From an uncultured Arcobacteraceae bacterium (GTDB taxonomy: Bacteria; Campylobacterota; Campylobacteria; Campylobacterales; Arcobacteraceae): DNA of 64,000 nt. The stretch spans positions 256,001 through 320,000 of the forward strand of contig CAXHZO010000001.1 of assembly GCA_964022095.1 (NCBI GenBank). The letters are read 5' to 3'. Position 1 is the stretch's first letter, and each line of letters begins with the position of its first letter. Position numbers and translations under genes: made by a program. Shown in pieces: positions 10,255 through 21,765 of the stretch. The notes below the pieces were generated by a model that was not told where the DNA came from, searched no databases, and saw only the letters and a list, made by a program, of their open reading frames with translations.

Positions 10255-11822
10255 TATTTAACTCCAAACCATTTTTTCTTATCTTTACTTTGCATAATTT
10301 TTGGTAATAATGCTTCATAAATACCATGTGTTCCTAAAATAGCAGTTAGCATTGATGCTAAAATACCAATAGAAATTGTTACTGCAAAACCTTTAATAGG
10401 TCCAGTTCCATATGCATATAAAATCACAGCAACTAAAAGAGTAGTAATATTTGCATCTAAAATTGCTCTCATTGCATTTGAATACCCATCTTCAATAGCT
10501 TTTGGAATAGATAAACCTTCTCTTAAAAGCTCTCTAATCCTTTCACTAATAATAACATTTGCATCAACTGCCATACCAACAGTAAGTACAATACCAGCCA
10601 TTCCTGGTAATGTTAAAGTTGCTCCAAACATTGCCATAACTGCAATGATAATAAAGATATTTGTAATAAGGGCAATATTAGCAATAATACCAGCTCGTCT
10701 ATAATAAATAATCATAAAGATAAATACCAAAACAAAACCAGAAATAAGTGCAATTGTAGAAGCTTTGATAGAATCAGCACCTAAGCTTGGCCCTACACTT
10801 CTTTTTTCTAAAAGATTAACAGAAGCTGGTAATGCACCACTTCTTAGTGCAATTGCAACATTTCCTGCTTCTGCTACAGTAAATCCACCAGAAATCTGTC
10901 CACTTCCGCCACCAATTCTTTCTCTAATATTTGGTGCAGAGTATACTTTTCCATCTAAAACAACTGCAAGTCTTTTTCCAACACTTTTAGCTGTAAAATC
11001 TCCAAAAATTCTTGCTCCACTTGAATTAAGTGTAAAATTAATAATTGGTTGATTAGCTTGATCAAAAGCCACTTGTGCATCAATAATTTGACTACCATTT
11101 AAGATTGGAATCTCTCTTACTAGATATTTTGTTGAAGCATCATTTGTATCTTCTAAGATTATATCACCATATTGTGAAGCTTGAGAAGCACTCATAGTAT
11201 AAACTTGATCTGCTCTTTCTTCATCAACAGCCATTAACTCTAAATTTGCAGGCTTAGAAATAAGTTCTCTTGCAGCCTTTTCATCTTCAGCAGTTTTTAT
11301 ACCTGGAAGTTGTACTACAATATCTGTATTTCCTTGTCTTACAACTGTTGGCTCTGATAAACCAAATTGGTCAAGTCTATTTCTGATTGTTTCAACAACT
11401 TGTGCAACTGCAAAATCTTTTGTTTTTGCGATATCATCACTTGTTAAAGTCAACATATAATCTTGGTCAGTTTTAGTAACTTCAAGGCCTGTTATAGATG
11501 TTTTTAACATTTCATCCATTTTAGGCATTTCATCTGGGTCTAAAACTGTAAAAGTAACACTATCATCGTTTATCGATAATCCGTCTAATAAAATCTCTTC
11601 ATCATCTGCAAAATATTTTACTGAAGATGCAATTGATTTAATTTTAGCAGTTACGGCTTCTTCAGTGTTAACACCTAAAAGCATATGTAATCCACCTTGT
11701 AAATCAAGTCCTAGTGAGATTTTTTTTCCTGTATCTGTTTGCATAAGTGAAGGGATAGAAAAGAATATACCAAATACAATACTTAATGCAAATATTATGA
11801 ATCTATAATTAAAGATTTTCAA
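10254..11822 (-). CDS. secD: Protein translocase subunit SecD
   Basis: LGLDLQGG, VGPSLG, GMAVDANVII. Confidence 0.97.
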   Translation of the reverse strand: MKIFNYRFIIFALSIVFGIFFSIPSLMQTDTGKKISLGLDLQGGLHMLLGVNTEEAVTAKIKSIASSVKYFADDEEILLDGLSINDDSVTFTVLDPDEMPKMDEMLKTSITGLEVTKTDQDYMLTLTSDDIAKTKDFAVAQVVETIRNRLDQFGLSEPTVVRQGNTDIVVQLPGIKTAEDEKAARELISKPANLELMAVDEERADQVYTMSASQASQYGDIILEDTNDASTKYLVREIPILNGSQIIDAQVAFDQANQPIINFTLNSSGARIFGDFTAKSVGKRLAVVLDGKVYSAPNIRERIGGGSGQISGGFTVAEAGNVAIALRSGALPASVNLLEKRSVGPSLGADSIKASTIALISGFVLVFIFMIIYYRRAGIIANIALITNIFIIIAVMAMFGATLTLPGMAGIVLTVGMAVDANVIISERIRELLREGLSIPKAIEDGYSNAMRAILDANITTLLVAVILYAYGTGPIKGFAVTISIGILASMLTAILGTHGIYEALLPKIMQSKDKKKWFGVK

Positions 11823-11856
11823 TCTTAATCCTTAGTAGGTAAAATTTGAGGTATGT

Positions 11857-11883
11857 AAAACATGTAAGAAACTTACATGTTTT
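11857..11883. terminator. Stem-loop between yajC and secD
   Basis: AAAACATGTAAG-aaa-CTTACATGTTTT perfect inverted repeat. Confidence 0.6.
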
Positions 11884-11893
11884 AGATAATTGT

Positions 11894-12169
11894 TTAGTCT
11901 TCTAAAAGCTTAGCTACAAACTCTTTCATAAGTTTTAGTTCAGAACCATCATTGTTTTTAACAACAAAATATGTTTCTTCAACTTTTGTAACTTCAACGA
12001 TTAAGCCACCATTTGTTACAATTTTATCACCTTTTTTTAAGTTAGCCACCATTTCTTTATGAGCTTTCGCTTGTTTTTGTTGTGGTCTAATTATTAAAAA
12101 ATAGAATATTGCAAATAATGCAACAAGAGGTAGTAATGAGCTTATTAAATCAGCGCTTGAACCTTCCAT
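11894..12169 (-). CDS. yajC: Preprotein translocase subunit YajC (start moved to ATG 12169)
   Basis: FYFLIIRPQQK, LKKGDKIVTNGG; AAGGA RBS upstream of 12169. Confidence 0.93.
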   Translation of the reverse strand: MEGSSADLISSLLPLVALFAIFYFLIIRPQQKQAKAHKEMVANLKKGDKIVTNGGLIVEVTKVEETYFVVKNNDGSELKLMKEFVAKLLED

Positions 12170-12197
12170 CAAATTTCCTTTTAAAAAGTAGTCTATT

Positions 12198-13430
12198 ATG
12201 TTTTTAGCAAAACGCAAACATTCTAACAAAAACTTTATAATAAAAGGCTTGATTACAGCCATATTATTTAGTGCATTTATATACTTGAGCTATTTTGATA
12301 TTCAAATAAAACTAATTGATACTATTTTTTCTATAGTTGCATTTTATTTACTTCTAGTAATTCCTAGAAAATCTATGTTTATTGCAGGGTTTTTTATTGG
12401 GATTTTGTGGTGCTATTGGATGGCTGTAAGTTTAAAATATTATGAATTAGTTTATTTAACACCTGTTTTATTAATAGCTATTGGATTAGTTTATGGGTTA
12501 ATATTTTATCTATTTACAATTTATGACAAAGTTGCTTTTAGAGTTTTGGCTATATTTGGTTTTAGTTTTTTAATTCCATTTGGTTTTAATTGGATAAAAC
12601 CTGAACTTCTATTTGTAAACTCTTATATTGGAACTACAAAGACTGATTTATTTTTAATTTTATTTGGACTATTTTTAATAATTAAACTAAAAAGAATGAA
12701 AATTATTGGTTTAATACCATTGATTTTTGCAATAACTTTACCAAAAGGTGAATTAATTGATAATCCAAATGTAAAAATATATATGCCTCAAATGAGTATA
12801 AATCAAAGTTTAAAATGGGATAAAGAGTATAAAAATACCCTTTTTGAAAAAAACTATGAGCAAATTATAACAGCTATAGAAAAAGGCAGTGAGCTTATAG
12901 TTTTACCAGAGACTTCATTTGCTACTGCTTTAAACTATGATAAAGAAAATTATCAAAGATTAACAGACTTATCAAATGACATTGACATAATTACAGGAGC
13001 ATTATTATATGAAAATGAACAGATTTATAATGCCACATATCATTTTTCAAAAGGCCAAGTAAAAACTGCAAAAAAAGTAGTTTTAGTTCCATTTGGGGAA
13101 GAAATTCCACTTCCAAAATTTGCAGTTGATTTAATAAATGATATTTTTTACGGTGGAGCTAGTGATTACTCAAAAGCAGACAAGCCAACAGATTTTATAA
13201 TAAATGGTGAAAAGTTTAGAAATGCAATTTGTTATGAAGCAACAACTGATAAAATTTTCGAAGAATTAAATGGTATAAAATACATGATTGCCATTTCAAA
13301 CAACGCTTGGTTTACACCATCAATTGAACCAACTTTACAAAGTTTACTTTTAAAATACTATTCTAAAAAATACGCTGTAACAATTTTTCATGTAGTAAAT
13401 GGAAGTAAAAACAACATATTTAGGCCATAA
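12198..13430 (+). CDS. lnt: Apolipoprotein N-acyltransferase
   Basis: Multiple TM helices; LPET, KVVLVPFGE, ICYE and SNNAWF nitrilase-fold motifs. Confidence 0.95.
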   Translation: MFLAKRKHSNKNFIIKGLITAILFSAFIYLSYFDIQIKLIDTIFSIVAFYLLLVIPRKSMFIAGFFIGILWCYWMAVSLKYYELVYLTPVLLIAIGLVYGLIFYLFTIYDKVAFRVLAIFGFSFLIPFGFNWIKPELLFVNSYIGTTKTDLFLILFGLFLIIKLKRMKIIGLIPLIFAITLPKGELIDNPNVKIYMPQMSINQSLKWDKEYKNTLFEKNYEQIITAIEKGSELIVLPETSFATALNYDKENYQRLTDLSNDIDIITGALLYENEQIYNATYHFSKGQVKTAKKVVLVPFGEEIPLPKFAVDLINDIFYGGASDYSKADKPTDFIINGEKFRNAICYEATTDKIFEELNGIKYMIAISNNAWFTPSIEPTLQSLLLKYYSKKYAVTIFHVVNGSKNNIFRP

Positions 13431-13434
13431 AAGA

Positions 13435-14835
13435 TTAAAGATATTTCTCTTTAATCTTTTCTACAATCTCATCTTTTTGCATATGCTCATCTATTTGTAA
13501 ATCAAAAGCAAAGTCAAGTATTTCTTTAAATTTTTTTGATGGCTTTAATCCTAACTCTATTAAATTTCTACCTTGAACAAATGGTTTGATTGGTTCGTTA
13601 TGTATTTCAAGCTCTTTTGCTTTTTGTAATAACCAAGCTGTAGCTTTGTGACATTTATCTTTATAAGGAATACTTCTACCTAAACAATCAGCTAGGCAAA
13701 CTAAACATAAATCTTCAATATTTACTTTTAGTGATAATCTTTTTACTGCCTTTTCACTTGATTGTGCTAAATACAGCTGAAAAGGTGCAAGATGGTTTTT
13801 GACTAAAGTACAAACTATATCTATAAATTTTTTCTCATTTGTTAGTTTTGATAAAAAAGAAATAGTAGGTTCAAGGCCTAATGCTTCATGTTTATGTGAA
13901 GTAATTTTTCCATTTATCTGTTTTGTACAAAAAGGCTTTCCTAAATCATGACAAAGAATCCCATAAAACAGATATAGTTTTCTGTATTCATCTTCTATAT
14001 TTTCATCTTTTATTATCTTTGCTAATTCATCAATTGTCATTAAAGTATGAATCCAAACATCACCTTCTGGATGATACTCTTCATCTTGAATACATCCAAT
14101 TAAAACTTGTAATTCACTAAAATATTTTAAAAGCCCTAGCTCTTTAAGAGCTTCAAACCCAATTGATGGTTTTGGTGATTTTAAAAATAGTTTTTTAAAC
14201 TCTTCATAGATTCGCTCTTTTGGTAAATACTTACACTCAGCATCACTAACAATTTGTTTACAAAGCTTTTTAGTTTTTTCATCAATTTTTAAATCAAATC
14301 TAGAGACAAACTGAACAGCTCTATAAACTCTTAAACTATCTTCAATAAATGTCTTATCATCAATATGTTTTAAGTTTTTACTTTTAATGTCATCTAAACC
14401 ATTAAAAGGGTCTAGAAACTCTTTTGAGTTATAATCATATCCTATTGCATTTATAGTAAAGTCTCTTCTTATAGCTGCTTGTTTGAAGCTTAAACTAGCA
14501 TCACTTACTATTTCGAAGTCTTGGTGAGAAGTACCTATTTTCTTTTCAGTTCTAGGCAGTGCAAAATCAAAATCATATTCATCAACTTTTAAAGTCAAAA
14601 CCCCAAAAGATTTACCTACAAGTTTAACATTTCCAAATTTTTGTAAAGTTTTATGAATTGTATCTAAGCAGTCTAATCCAAATAATTCTATATCAAAATC
14701 TTTATTTGGAATATTAAAAAAATAGTCTCTAACACAGCCACCTACTAAAACTGGCTTTACACCAATTTTTAGTAGGTCGTTTAATATGTTTTCTAAAACA
14801 ACGGGAATATTAATCGTTGTTGTAGTGGTGAACAT
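13435..14835 (-). CDS. cca: CCA tRNA nucleotidyltransferase with HD domain (likely start ATG 14835)
   Basis: VGGCVRD, DFDIE, RRDFTIN, HPEGDVWIH, CHDLGK. Confidence 0.92.
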   Translation of the reverse strand: MFTTTTTINIPVVLENILNDLLKIGVKPVLVGGCVRDYFFNIPNKDFDIELFGLDCLDTIHKTLQKFGNVKLVGKSFGVLTLKVDEYDFDFALPRTEKKIGTSHQDFEIVSDASLSFKQAAIRRDFTINAIGYDYNSKEFLDPFNGLDDIKSKNLKHIDDKTFIEDSLRVYRAVQFVSRFDLKIDEKTKKLCKQIVSDAECKYLPKERIYEEFKKLFLKSPKPSIGFEALKELGLLKYFSELQVLIGCIQDEEYHPEGDVWIHTLMTIDELAKIIKDENIEDEYRKLYLFYGILCHDLGKPFCTKQINGKITSHKHEALGLEPTISFLSKLTNEKKFIDIVCTLVKNHLAPFQLYLAQSSEKAVKRLSLKVNIEDLCLVCLADCLGRSIPYKDKCHKATAWLLQKAKELEIHNEPIKPFVQGRNLIELGLKPSKKFKEILDFAFDLQIDEHMQKDEIVEKIKEKYL

Positions 14836-15619
14836 CTTGTTGTGGGAATGGAATTGAGATTCCTTCTTTATCAAATGTTAATTTGATATTCTCTGTTAAA
14901 TCAAATTTAACTGCCCAATAATCAGGAGTATTAACCCAAGCTCTAACTACAAAGTTTACAGAAGAATCAGCTAATTCTGCAACTGCAACAGTTACACCTT
15001 CATCAACTAAAACTCTTTCATCTGAAGTAATGATAGTATTTAAAACTTCTTTTGCTTTTTTAATGTCATCATCATAACCAATACCAACTACTAAATCAAC
15101 TCTTCTTGTTGGTTTAGCATTTACATTTGTAATAGTTCCTGATGTAATAGCACCATTTGGTACAATTAAAGTTTGGTTATCTCCAGTTTTTAATAAAGTA
15201 TTAAAAATAGTGATCTCTTCAACCGAACCACTTACACCACCAGCGTTAATGAAATCACCAACTTTAAATGGTCTAAACATTATAATCATAACTCCTGATG
15301 CAAAATTGCTTAATGAGTCTTTTAATGCTAAACCAATAGCTAAACCAGCAGCACCTAAAATAGCTAAGAATGAAGTTGTATCAACTCCAAGTTGCTCTAA
15401 TGCTGTTAATAAAACAACAATCATTAAAATATAGTAAATGATATTACTTAAAAATTTTAGTAATGTTTCATCAACCTTTCCTGTTTTTCTAGTAATCTTT
15501 ACTACTAAATCTGTAAGTTTTCTAGCAACCCACTTACCAACATAAAAAATTGCAATTGCAATTACTAATTTTAATGCATAATCACTAATTAGATCTACCA
15601 TAGAAGCGTCCATATACAA
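14810..15619 (-). CDS. mscS: Small-conductance mechanosensitive channel
   Basis: GAAGLAIGLAL, SNFASG, PFKVGD, IPFPQ. Confidence 0.95.
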   Translation of the reverse strand: MYMDASMVDLISDYALKLVIAIAIFYVGKWVARKLTDLVVKITRKTGKVDETLLKFLSNIIYYILMIVVLLTALEQLGVDTTSFLAILGAAGLAIGLALKDSLSNFASGVMIIMFRPFKVGDFINAGGVSGSVEEITIFNTLLKTGDNQTLIVPNGAITSGTITNVNAKPTRRVDLVVGIGYDDDIKKAKEVLNTIITSDERVLVDEGVTVAVAELADSSVNFVVRAWVNTPDYWAVKFDLTENIKLTFDKEGISIPFPQQDVHHYNND

Positions 15620-15665
15620 TAATCCTTTTTAATTTTTGCGTATTATATCACAGTAACCTAATAAA

Positions 15666-17372
15666 TTATTTTAAAAGTTCTGCTAATTTTTGTGAAACTT
15701 CATCAATTGAAACTTCTTGTTTTTCTAATGTTTTTCTGTCAACAATTTCTACAAGTCCATCTTGTAATTTTTTACCAATAATTACAGCATATGGGAATCC
15801 TAATAATTCAAAATCTCCCATTTTAAATCCAAATCTCTCTTTTTTTCTATCATCAATAATAGTTTCAATACCATTTGATTTTAGTTCTTCATAAATTTTC
15901 ATACCAGCTTCAAGCTCATCATCTTTTTTTGCATTTGAAACAATTACATGTGCCTTAAAAGGTGCAGTCTCTTTTGTCCAAATACAACCTTTTTCATCAT
16001 GATTTTGTTCAATCACGGCAGCAACTAATCTTGAAACTCCAACTCCATAACATCCCATTTCAAATGCTTTTGCTTTTCCGTTTTCATCTAAGAATTTTGC
16101 ATCCATAGCTTCTGAATATTTATTTCCAAGTTGGAAAATATGTCCAGCTTCAATACCTTTTGTATATGATAATGTTCCATTACAATGAGCACAAGAATCA
16201 CCTTCTTGAACTGCAATTAAATCTTTGAAGTTTAAATCTTTCATTGATGTTAAATCAACACCTTTTAAGTGATAATTCTCTTCATTTGCTCCACATACTA
16301 AGTTGTTGTCTTCTTTTAATTCATTATCAACTACAACTTTTACACCTTCAGGAAGTCCAACAATTCCACAATATCCAGCAACTAAACCAGCTGAAATAAT
16401 ATCTTCATCATTTGCATCTTCTAATTCTAAAGCATTAACAGCATTACAAGCTTTTGTTTCTTCTAATTCATCGCAACCTCTTACAAAGAAAACTACAACT
16501 TGAGTCTCTTCTTCATAAATAGCTTTTTTAATAACTGCTTTCATTGAATAATATGAATCAGCATTTAAAAAATTGCTTACATCTTCAATTGTTTTGCAAT
16601 TTGGAGTTTCAACTTTCTCTTGAGCAATAGTTTCTAGTTTTTCTTTTTTGTTTGGTTTTCTAACGGCTGCTTCAATATTTGCTCCATAATCACATGAATC
16701 ACAAACAACAATTGTATCTTCCCCACTATTGGCTAAAACATGAAACTCTTTAGAACCACTTCCACCAATAGCACCACTATCAGCTTCAACTACTCTAAAT
16801 TCTAAACCTAATCTAGTATAGATTTTTTTATAAGTCTCTTCCATTAGATTGAATTCTCTTACTAAATCTTCAGTATTACTGTGGAAAGAGTATCCATCTT
16901 TCATTAAAAATTCTCTACCTCTCATAAGACCAAATCTTGGTCTTGCTTCATCTCTAAATTTTGTATTTATTTGATATAAATGAACTGGTAAATCTCTATA
17001 TGAAGTAATTCTATTTTTAACCATATTTACAACGGCTTCTTCATTTGTTGGAGATAAAACATAATCACCATTTTTTCTATCTTTGAATCTTAACAGTTCA
17101 CTTCCCATTGTTGTAGCACGACCAGACTCTTCCCATAATGATAAGGGTGTCACAAATCCAAATTGAACTTCATTTGCACCTGCATTGTCCATCTCTTCTT
17201 TTACCACAGCTCTAATTTTATCAAGAACAATTTTTCCTAATGGCATAAAATCATAAATTCCAGCACCTGTTTGAGCTATAAATCCACCTCTGATTAAAAA
17301 TTGGTGTGATGGCAGTGTCGCATCATTTGGTGTTTCTTTTGTAGTTGGAATAAACATTTGAGAAAATTTCAT
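15666..17372 (-). CDS. proS: Proline--tRNA ligase
   Basis: [34 protein letters not shown]. Confidence 0.98.
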   Translation of the reverse strand: MKFSQMFIPTTKETPNDATLPSHQFLIRGGFIAQTGAGIYDFMPLGKIVLDKIRAVVKEEMDNAGANEVQFGFVTPLSLWEESGRATTMGSELLRFKDRKNGDYVLSPTNEEAVVNMVKNRITSYRDLPVHLYQINTKFRDEARPRFGLMRGREFLMKDGYSFHSNTEDLVREFNLMEETYKKIYTRLGLEFRVVEADSGAIGGSGSKEFHVLANSGEDTIVVCDSCDYGANIEAAVRKPNKKEKLETIAQEKVETPNCKTIEDVSNFLNADSYYSMKAVIKKAIYEEETQVVVFFVRGCDELEETKACNAVNALELEDANDEDIISAGLVAGYCGIVGLPEGVKVVVDNELKEDNNLVCGANEENYHLKGVDLTSMKDLNFKDLIAVQEGDSCAHCNGTLSYTKGIEAGHIFQLGNKYSEAMDAKFLDENGKAKAFEMGCYGVGVSRLVAAVIEQNHDEKGCIWTKETAPFKAHVIVSNAKKDDELEAGMKIYEELKSNGIETIIDDRKKERFGFKMGDFELLGFPYAVIIGKKLQDGLVEIVDRKTLEKQEVSIDEVSQKLAELLK

Positions 17373-17391
17373 TTATAATCGTCCTATTTTT

Positions 17392-18690
17392 TTAATTTTT
17401 TATTAGATGTTCACATCTATATTTTTCACTTAAGTCTGCATCATTGCTAAGTCCAAACATTTTTTGAATAGATCCTACAACAACATCACACTCCATGTTT
17501 TGTGAAATATCTTTTAACTCTTTTGAAGGAGTATGTAAATACTCAGTTAATACTGTTTGACAAAGTTTTCTAATATTGTCTTCATCTTCAGGATTGATAA
17601 ATCCTTTTTTAATAGCATTTTTTAATTTCTTTTCAATTACTTCATCACCTTTTGTATAAAGGTGTTTTACAACTGGTTCAATTTCAAGTGATTTTAACCA
17701 CTCAAAAAACTCCATTGACATTTTACTAACAATTGAATATGCAGTTTTAGCTTGCTCTGCTCTTAAACTCATATTTTCATTTACAATCTCTTGTAAATCA
17801 TCAACTGAGTAGATTTGTAGATTTGGTAAATCTATATTATCATCAATATCTCTTGGCACGGCTATATCAAACCAATATCTATTAAAACTAGCTTCTGGTG
17901 TATTATCTGGTGTGATAATAGGATAAGGAGCAGAAGTTGCTGTAATCATAACTGATACTTGTCCTAATAGTGACCTTAAGTTTTCATAAGGAGCAATATC
18001 AATATTTCCATCAAATGTTTCAGCTAGACTTTTTGCTTTTTTTATATTTCTACTTGTAATAATTACATCAAATCCTGATGAAATCAAGTGCTTAACTGTA
18101 AGTTCACTCATTTCACCAGCGCCTATTACTAAAGCTTTAATACCAGAAGTATTTCCTATAATCTCTTTTGCTTTTGCAACAGCTGTTGAAGCAACTGATA
18201 CTGAACCAGTTCCTAAACTTGTAGCATTTCTTACATTTGCAGCACATTTAAAAGCAAACTGCATAACCCTTGTAATATTTTGTGAACAGTAACCTTTGCC
18301 TTGTGAGTATCTAAAAGCATCTTTTAATTGTCCTACAATTTGTGTCTCACCAATTACAAGTGAATCAAGTGCAGAGGCCACTGTAAATAAGTGATGAACT
18401 GCACCATCATTGTCATAAATATCAGCTCTTTTATATAGCTTATCAAACTCAACACCTGAAAACTCAGATATTCTTTGAACTATATCTTTTGAACTATTTT
18501 TAATATTTGATGATCTTGTAATGATTTCAACCCTGTTACATGTTGACAATACAACTGCTTCTTTTGTAGTTTCACAGGCTAAAATATTTCTTAAAAATCT
18601 ATCTTTTAATTGTTCATCATTAAAAGCTAGTTTTTCTCTCATTTCAATATCAGTATTTTTATGGGAAAAACTAATTACCAAATAACTCAT
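17392..18690 (-). CDS. hemA: Glutamyl-tRNA reductase
   Basis: STCNRVE, GETQIVGQ, GAGEM, DIAVPRD. Confidence 0.97.
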   Translation of the reverse strand: MSYLVISFSHKNTDIEMREKLAFNDEQLKDRFLRNILACETTKEAVVLSTCNRVEIITRSSNIKNSSKDIVQRISEFSGVEFDKLYKRADIYDNDGAVHHLFTVASALDSLVIGETQIVGQLKDAFRYSQGKGYCSQNITRVMQFAFKCAANVRNATSLGTGSVSVASTAVAKAKEIIGNTSGIKALVIGAGEMSELTVKHLISSGFDVIITSRNIKKAKSLAETFDGNIDIAPYENLRSLLGQVSVMITATSAPYPIITPDNTPEASFNRYWFDIAVPRDIDDNIDLPNLQIYSVDDLQEIVNENMSLRAEQAKTAYSIVSKMSMEFFEWLKSLEIEPVVKHLYTKGDEVIEKKLKNAIKKGFINPEDEDNIRKLCQTVLTEYLHTPSKELKDISQNMECDVVVGSIQKMFGLSNDADLSEKYRCEHLIKN

Positions 18691-18693
18691 TTA

Positions 18694-19593
18694 CTAAAAC
18701 TCTCTTTCAGTCATTGCTTTCATTATCATAATAAGAGTCTCACTATTTTCTTCACCATTTACAACTTCAATTGCTTCATTTCCTAATTTCTTAGCTAATG
18801 AAATTGAATCATTTAAAGCATTTGTTTGGTTTAATTGCTCTTTTATCCAATTTGATTGTTCAGCATTTAACTCTTTTTTATATAAAGACTCTAATGTATT
18901 TTTATCTTCTATTCTTTCATGTAATAATAAATATGGAATTGTTACTTTACCCTCAACAAAATCAAGCATTGCAGGTTTTCCTAAAGTAGCACTATCAGCA
19001 GTAATGTCTAAAATATCATCAATCATTTGAAATGCAAGTCCTAAGTTTTTACCATATAATGCATATTTTTCTTCGTCAAGTCCTGCTAAAATAGCAGCTG
19101 CTTTTGCACTAGCTTCAATTAATGATGCAGTTTTTTTATAAATCATATCAAGATATTTATCATATGAAGTATTAAAACTATTTGTTAAATCTACATCTAA
19201 CATCTCTCCAATACTAAGTAATGTTACAGCATTTGATACAGTATAAGCAATTTTTTTATCCATTTGAGATAATTCAGTAAATGCACGTGAGTATAAAATA
19301 TCTCCAAACATAATTGAAGTTTTATTATCATAAAGTGCATTTACACTAGGTTTACCTCTTCTAGTATCTGCTTCATCAATTACATCATCATGTAAAAGCG
19401 ATGCTGCATGAATCATCTCAACTACTGCACATAGCTTTATTGACTCTTCATTTATTCCTGCAATTTTAAGTATTAGCTTACTTCTTAGCATCTTTCCAGT
19501 TGCTAACTTTTCTAATAACTCTAAACTTTTTTCATCATTGCATTCTTGAACAAATTGCTTAATTTGATTTTTTACTTGTTGTAACTCTTCCAC
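18694..19593 (-). CDS. ispB: Polyprenyl (octaprenyl) diphosphate synthase
   Basis: LLHDDVID and FQMIDDILD aspartate-rich motifs. Confidence 0.9.
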   Translation of the reverse strand: MEELQQVKNQIKQFVQECNDEKSLELLEKLATGKMLRSKLILKIAGINEESIKLCAVVEMIHAASLLHDDVIDEADTRRGKPSVNALYDNKTSIMFGDILYSRAFTELSQMDKKIAYTVSNAVTLLSIGEMLDVDLTNSFNTSYDKYLDMIYKKTASLIEASAKAAAILAGLDEEKYALYGKNLGLAFQMIDDILDITADSATLGKPAMLDFVEGKVTIPYLLLHERIEDKNTLESLYKKELNAEQSNWIKEQLNQTNALNDSISLAKKLGNEAIEVVNGEENSETLIMIMKAMTEREF

Positions 19594-19601
19594 TAAATTT
19601 C

Positions 19602-19904
19602 CTATGAATCTAATCTACAAATAATTTCACCAGTAAATTCAACATAAAGACCTTTTTTCATATTATTAACGTCTTGTTCATTATCAAATTTGTATGTTTC
19701 AATCTCTTTATTTAAATCGAAATCTTCACCCTTATCTTTTGAATACATCATCTCTAATACAGCAAGCTTTTCTATAACTTTATCCCACTCTTCTTCAACG
19801 ATATCTTGAGATGCTTCTCTACTTACATCAAAAAATTTTGATTTAGGACTTCCCATAAACATATCATCTTCATCTTCTGTAAACCAATCTTTAAACGATG
19901 CCAT
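19602..19904 (-). CDS. Conserved acidic protein (DUF2018-like)
   Basis: DDMFMGSPKSKFFD motif; upstream of ispB as in other Campylobacterota. Confidence 0.7.
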   Translation of the reverse strand: MASFKDWFTEDEDDMFMGSPKSKFFDVSREASQDIVEEEWDKVIEKLAVLEMMYSKDKGEDFDLNKEIETYKFDNEQDVNNMKKGLYVEFTGEIICRLDS

Positions 19905-19927
19905 AATAATTTCCTTTTTTCTTTTTC

Positions 19928-21223
19928 TTATTTATCTTCTAATCTAACTCTAACAGATTTTGCGTGTGCTGTTAGACCTTCTGTATCTGCTAGAAGTGCA
20001 CATGCTTCACCTAATTCATCAATTGCATTTTTTGAGAAATTGATAATTGAACTTTTCTTCATAAAGTTTTCAACATTTAATGGTGAATAAAATTTAGCTG
20101 TACTTCCAGTTGGTAGTGTATGATTTGGTCCTGCAATATAATCACCAATTGGTTCAGGAGTATTTTCACCTAAGAAAATTGCACCTGCATGCTTAATATA
20201 TGGTAATAATTCAAAAGAATTCTTAGTCATAACTTCTAAGTGTTCAGGAGCAATTTCATTCATAAGATCAAGTGCTTCTGTCATATCTTTTGTAACTATT
20301 ATTGCACCTCTTTCATCAATTGATTTTCTAGCAATTGTTTCTCTACTTAAAGTTTTTAGGTATTCTTCAACTTCTTTGCTAGTTAAACTTGCAACTTCAT
20401 CACAAGTTGTAATCATAATAGAGCTAGCCATTTCATCATGCTCAGCTTGAGATAATAAATCAATAGCTAAATAATGAGGTTTTGCTGTTTCATCTGCAAG
20501 TATTCCAATTTCAGATGGTCCTGCAATCATATCAATATGTACTTCACCAAAAACTAATTTTTTAGCAGTTGCTACAAAGATATTTCCAGGTCCTGTGATA
20601 ACATCAACTTTAGGAATAGTTTGTGTTCCATAAGCCATTGCTGCAATTGCAGATGCTCCACCTACTTTGTAAACTTTTGAAACTTTACATAAGTGACATG
20701 CTGCTAATAATAACTCATTTACTTCATTATCAGGAGTTGGAGTACATACTACAATCTCTTCAACACCAGCAACAATTGCAGGAATTGCATTCATCAATAA
20801 ACTACTTGGATATGCAGCTTTTCCACCAGGAATATATAACCCAGCTTTATCAACAGCACTTACTTTTTGGCCTAAAATAGTACCATTTGATTCAAAATCA
20901 ATCCATGATTTTGGTAATTGTTTTTCGTGATATGCTTTAATTCTATCATATGCAGTATGTAGTGCATCTCTTAATTTATCATCAATATTTTCATAAGCTT
21001 TTTTCATATCTTCAGAAGAAATTAGTAATTCATCATCACTTTTAACTTCCCATTTATCAAACTTTTCAATATGTCTTTTTAAAGCTTCATTTCCTTCTTC
21101 TATAATTTCATCAATAATTCCTGTAACAATTGATGAAACACCTTTAATATCACTTTTAGCTCTTGCTAAAATTCCATCAAATTCATCTTTAAAATTTTTA
21201 TCATTAGTATTTATAATTTTCAT
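19928..21223 (-). CDS. hisD: Histidinol dehydrogenase
   Basis: YIPGGKAAYPSS, DMIAGPSE, QAEHD, APEHLE, GPNHTLPT. Confidence 0.98.
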   Translation of the reverse strand: MKIINTNDKNFKDEFDGILARAKSDIKGVSSIVTGIIDEIIEEGNEALKRHIEKFDKWEVKSDDELLISSEDMKKAYENIDDKLRDALHTAYDRIKAYHEKQLPKSWIDFESNGTILGQKVSAVDKAGLYIPGGKAAYPSSLLMNAIPAIVAGVEEIVVCTPTPDNEVNELLLAACHLCKVSKVYKVGGASAIAAMAYGTQTIPKVDVITGPGNIFVATAKKLVFGEVHIDMIAGPSEIGILADETAKPHYLAIDLLSQAEHDEMASSIMITTCDEVASLTSKEVEEYLKTLSRETIARKSIDERGAIIVTKDMTEALDLMNEIAPEHLEVMTKNSFELLPYIKHAGAIFLGENTPEPIGDYIAGPNHTLPTGSTAKFYSPLNVENFMKKSSIINFSKNAIDELGEACALLADTEGLTAHAKSVRVRLEDK

Positions 21224-21738
21224 TAGATTTGTCCTAAAATTTCTTCAACAATTAAATTAATATCTTTTTTTTCAACATCAACAATAATATCAGCAACCTC
21301 TTCATATTGAGGTGATCTTTCATTAAATAGTTTATTAGCTACTTGTATATCTTGTAAAAGTGGTCTTTTTTTAAGTTTATTAGCAGCATTTGGTGCGCTA
21401 TTAATTCTATCAAGTATTCCTTGGAAAGATGATTTTAAATAAACTACTTTTCCAATTTTGTTAAGTTTTTCTTGCTTATAAAAGCCTCCACCTGTTGAGA
21501 TGATTGTTCCTTTTACATTTTTAGCAAGCCATTTAGCAGTTTTCTTTTCTAAATTTCTAAAATATGGTTCACCTTCAACATCAAAAATTTTTTTGATTTT
21601 TCTGTTTTCCATACTCTCAATAATATCATCAGTATCAATCGCCATCATATCAGAAGCTTTCACTAAAGCACGTGCAACTGTACCTTTACCAACACCCATA
21701 AAACCTATTAATATTATATTGTTCTTTTTCATAGTCAT
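21223..21738 (-). CDS. aroK: Shikimate kinase
   Basis: GFMGVGKG P-loop, GEPYFR, STGGG, RPLL. Confidence 0.95.
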   Translation of the reverse strand: MTMKKNNIILIGFMGVGKGTVARALVKASDMMAIDTDDIIESMENRKIKKIFDVEGEPYFRNLEKKTAKWLAKNVKGTIISTGGGFYKQEKLNKIGKVVYLKSSFQGILDRINSAPNAANKLKKRPLLQDIQVANKLFNERSPQYEEVADIIVDVEKKDINLIVEEILGQI

Positions 21739-21765
21739 GGATTATATCGAAATTATTGTAAATTT

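Noticed and set aside
11894-12262. Apparent yajC/lnt head-to-head overlap
   Set aside because: It disappears with the RBS-supported yajC start at 12169.
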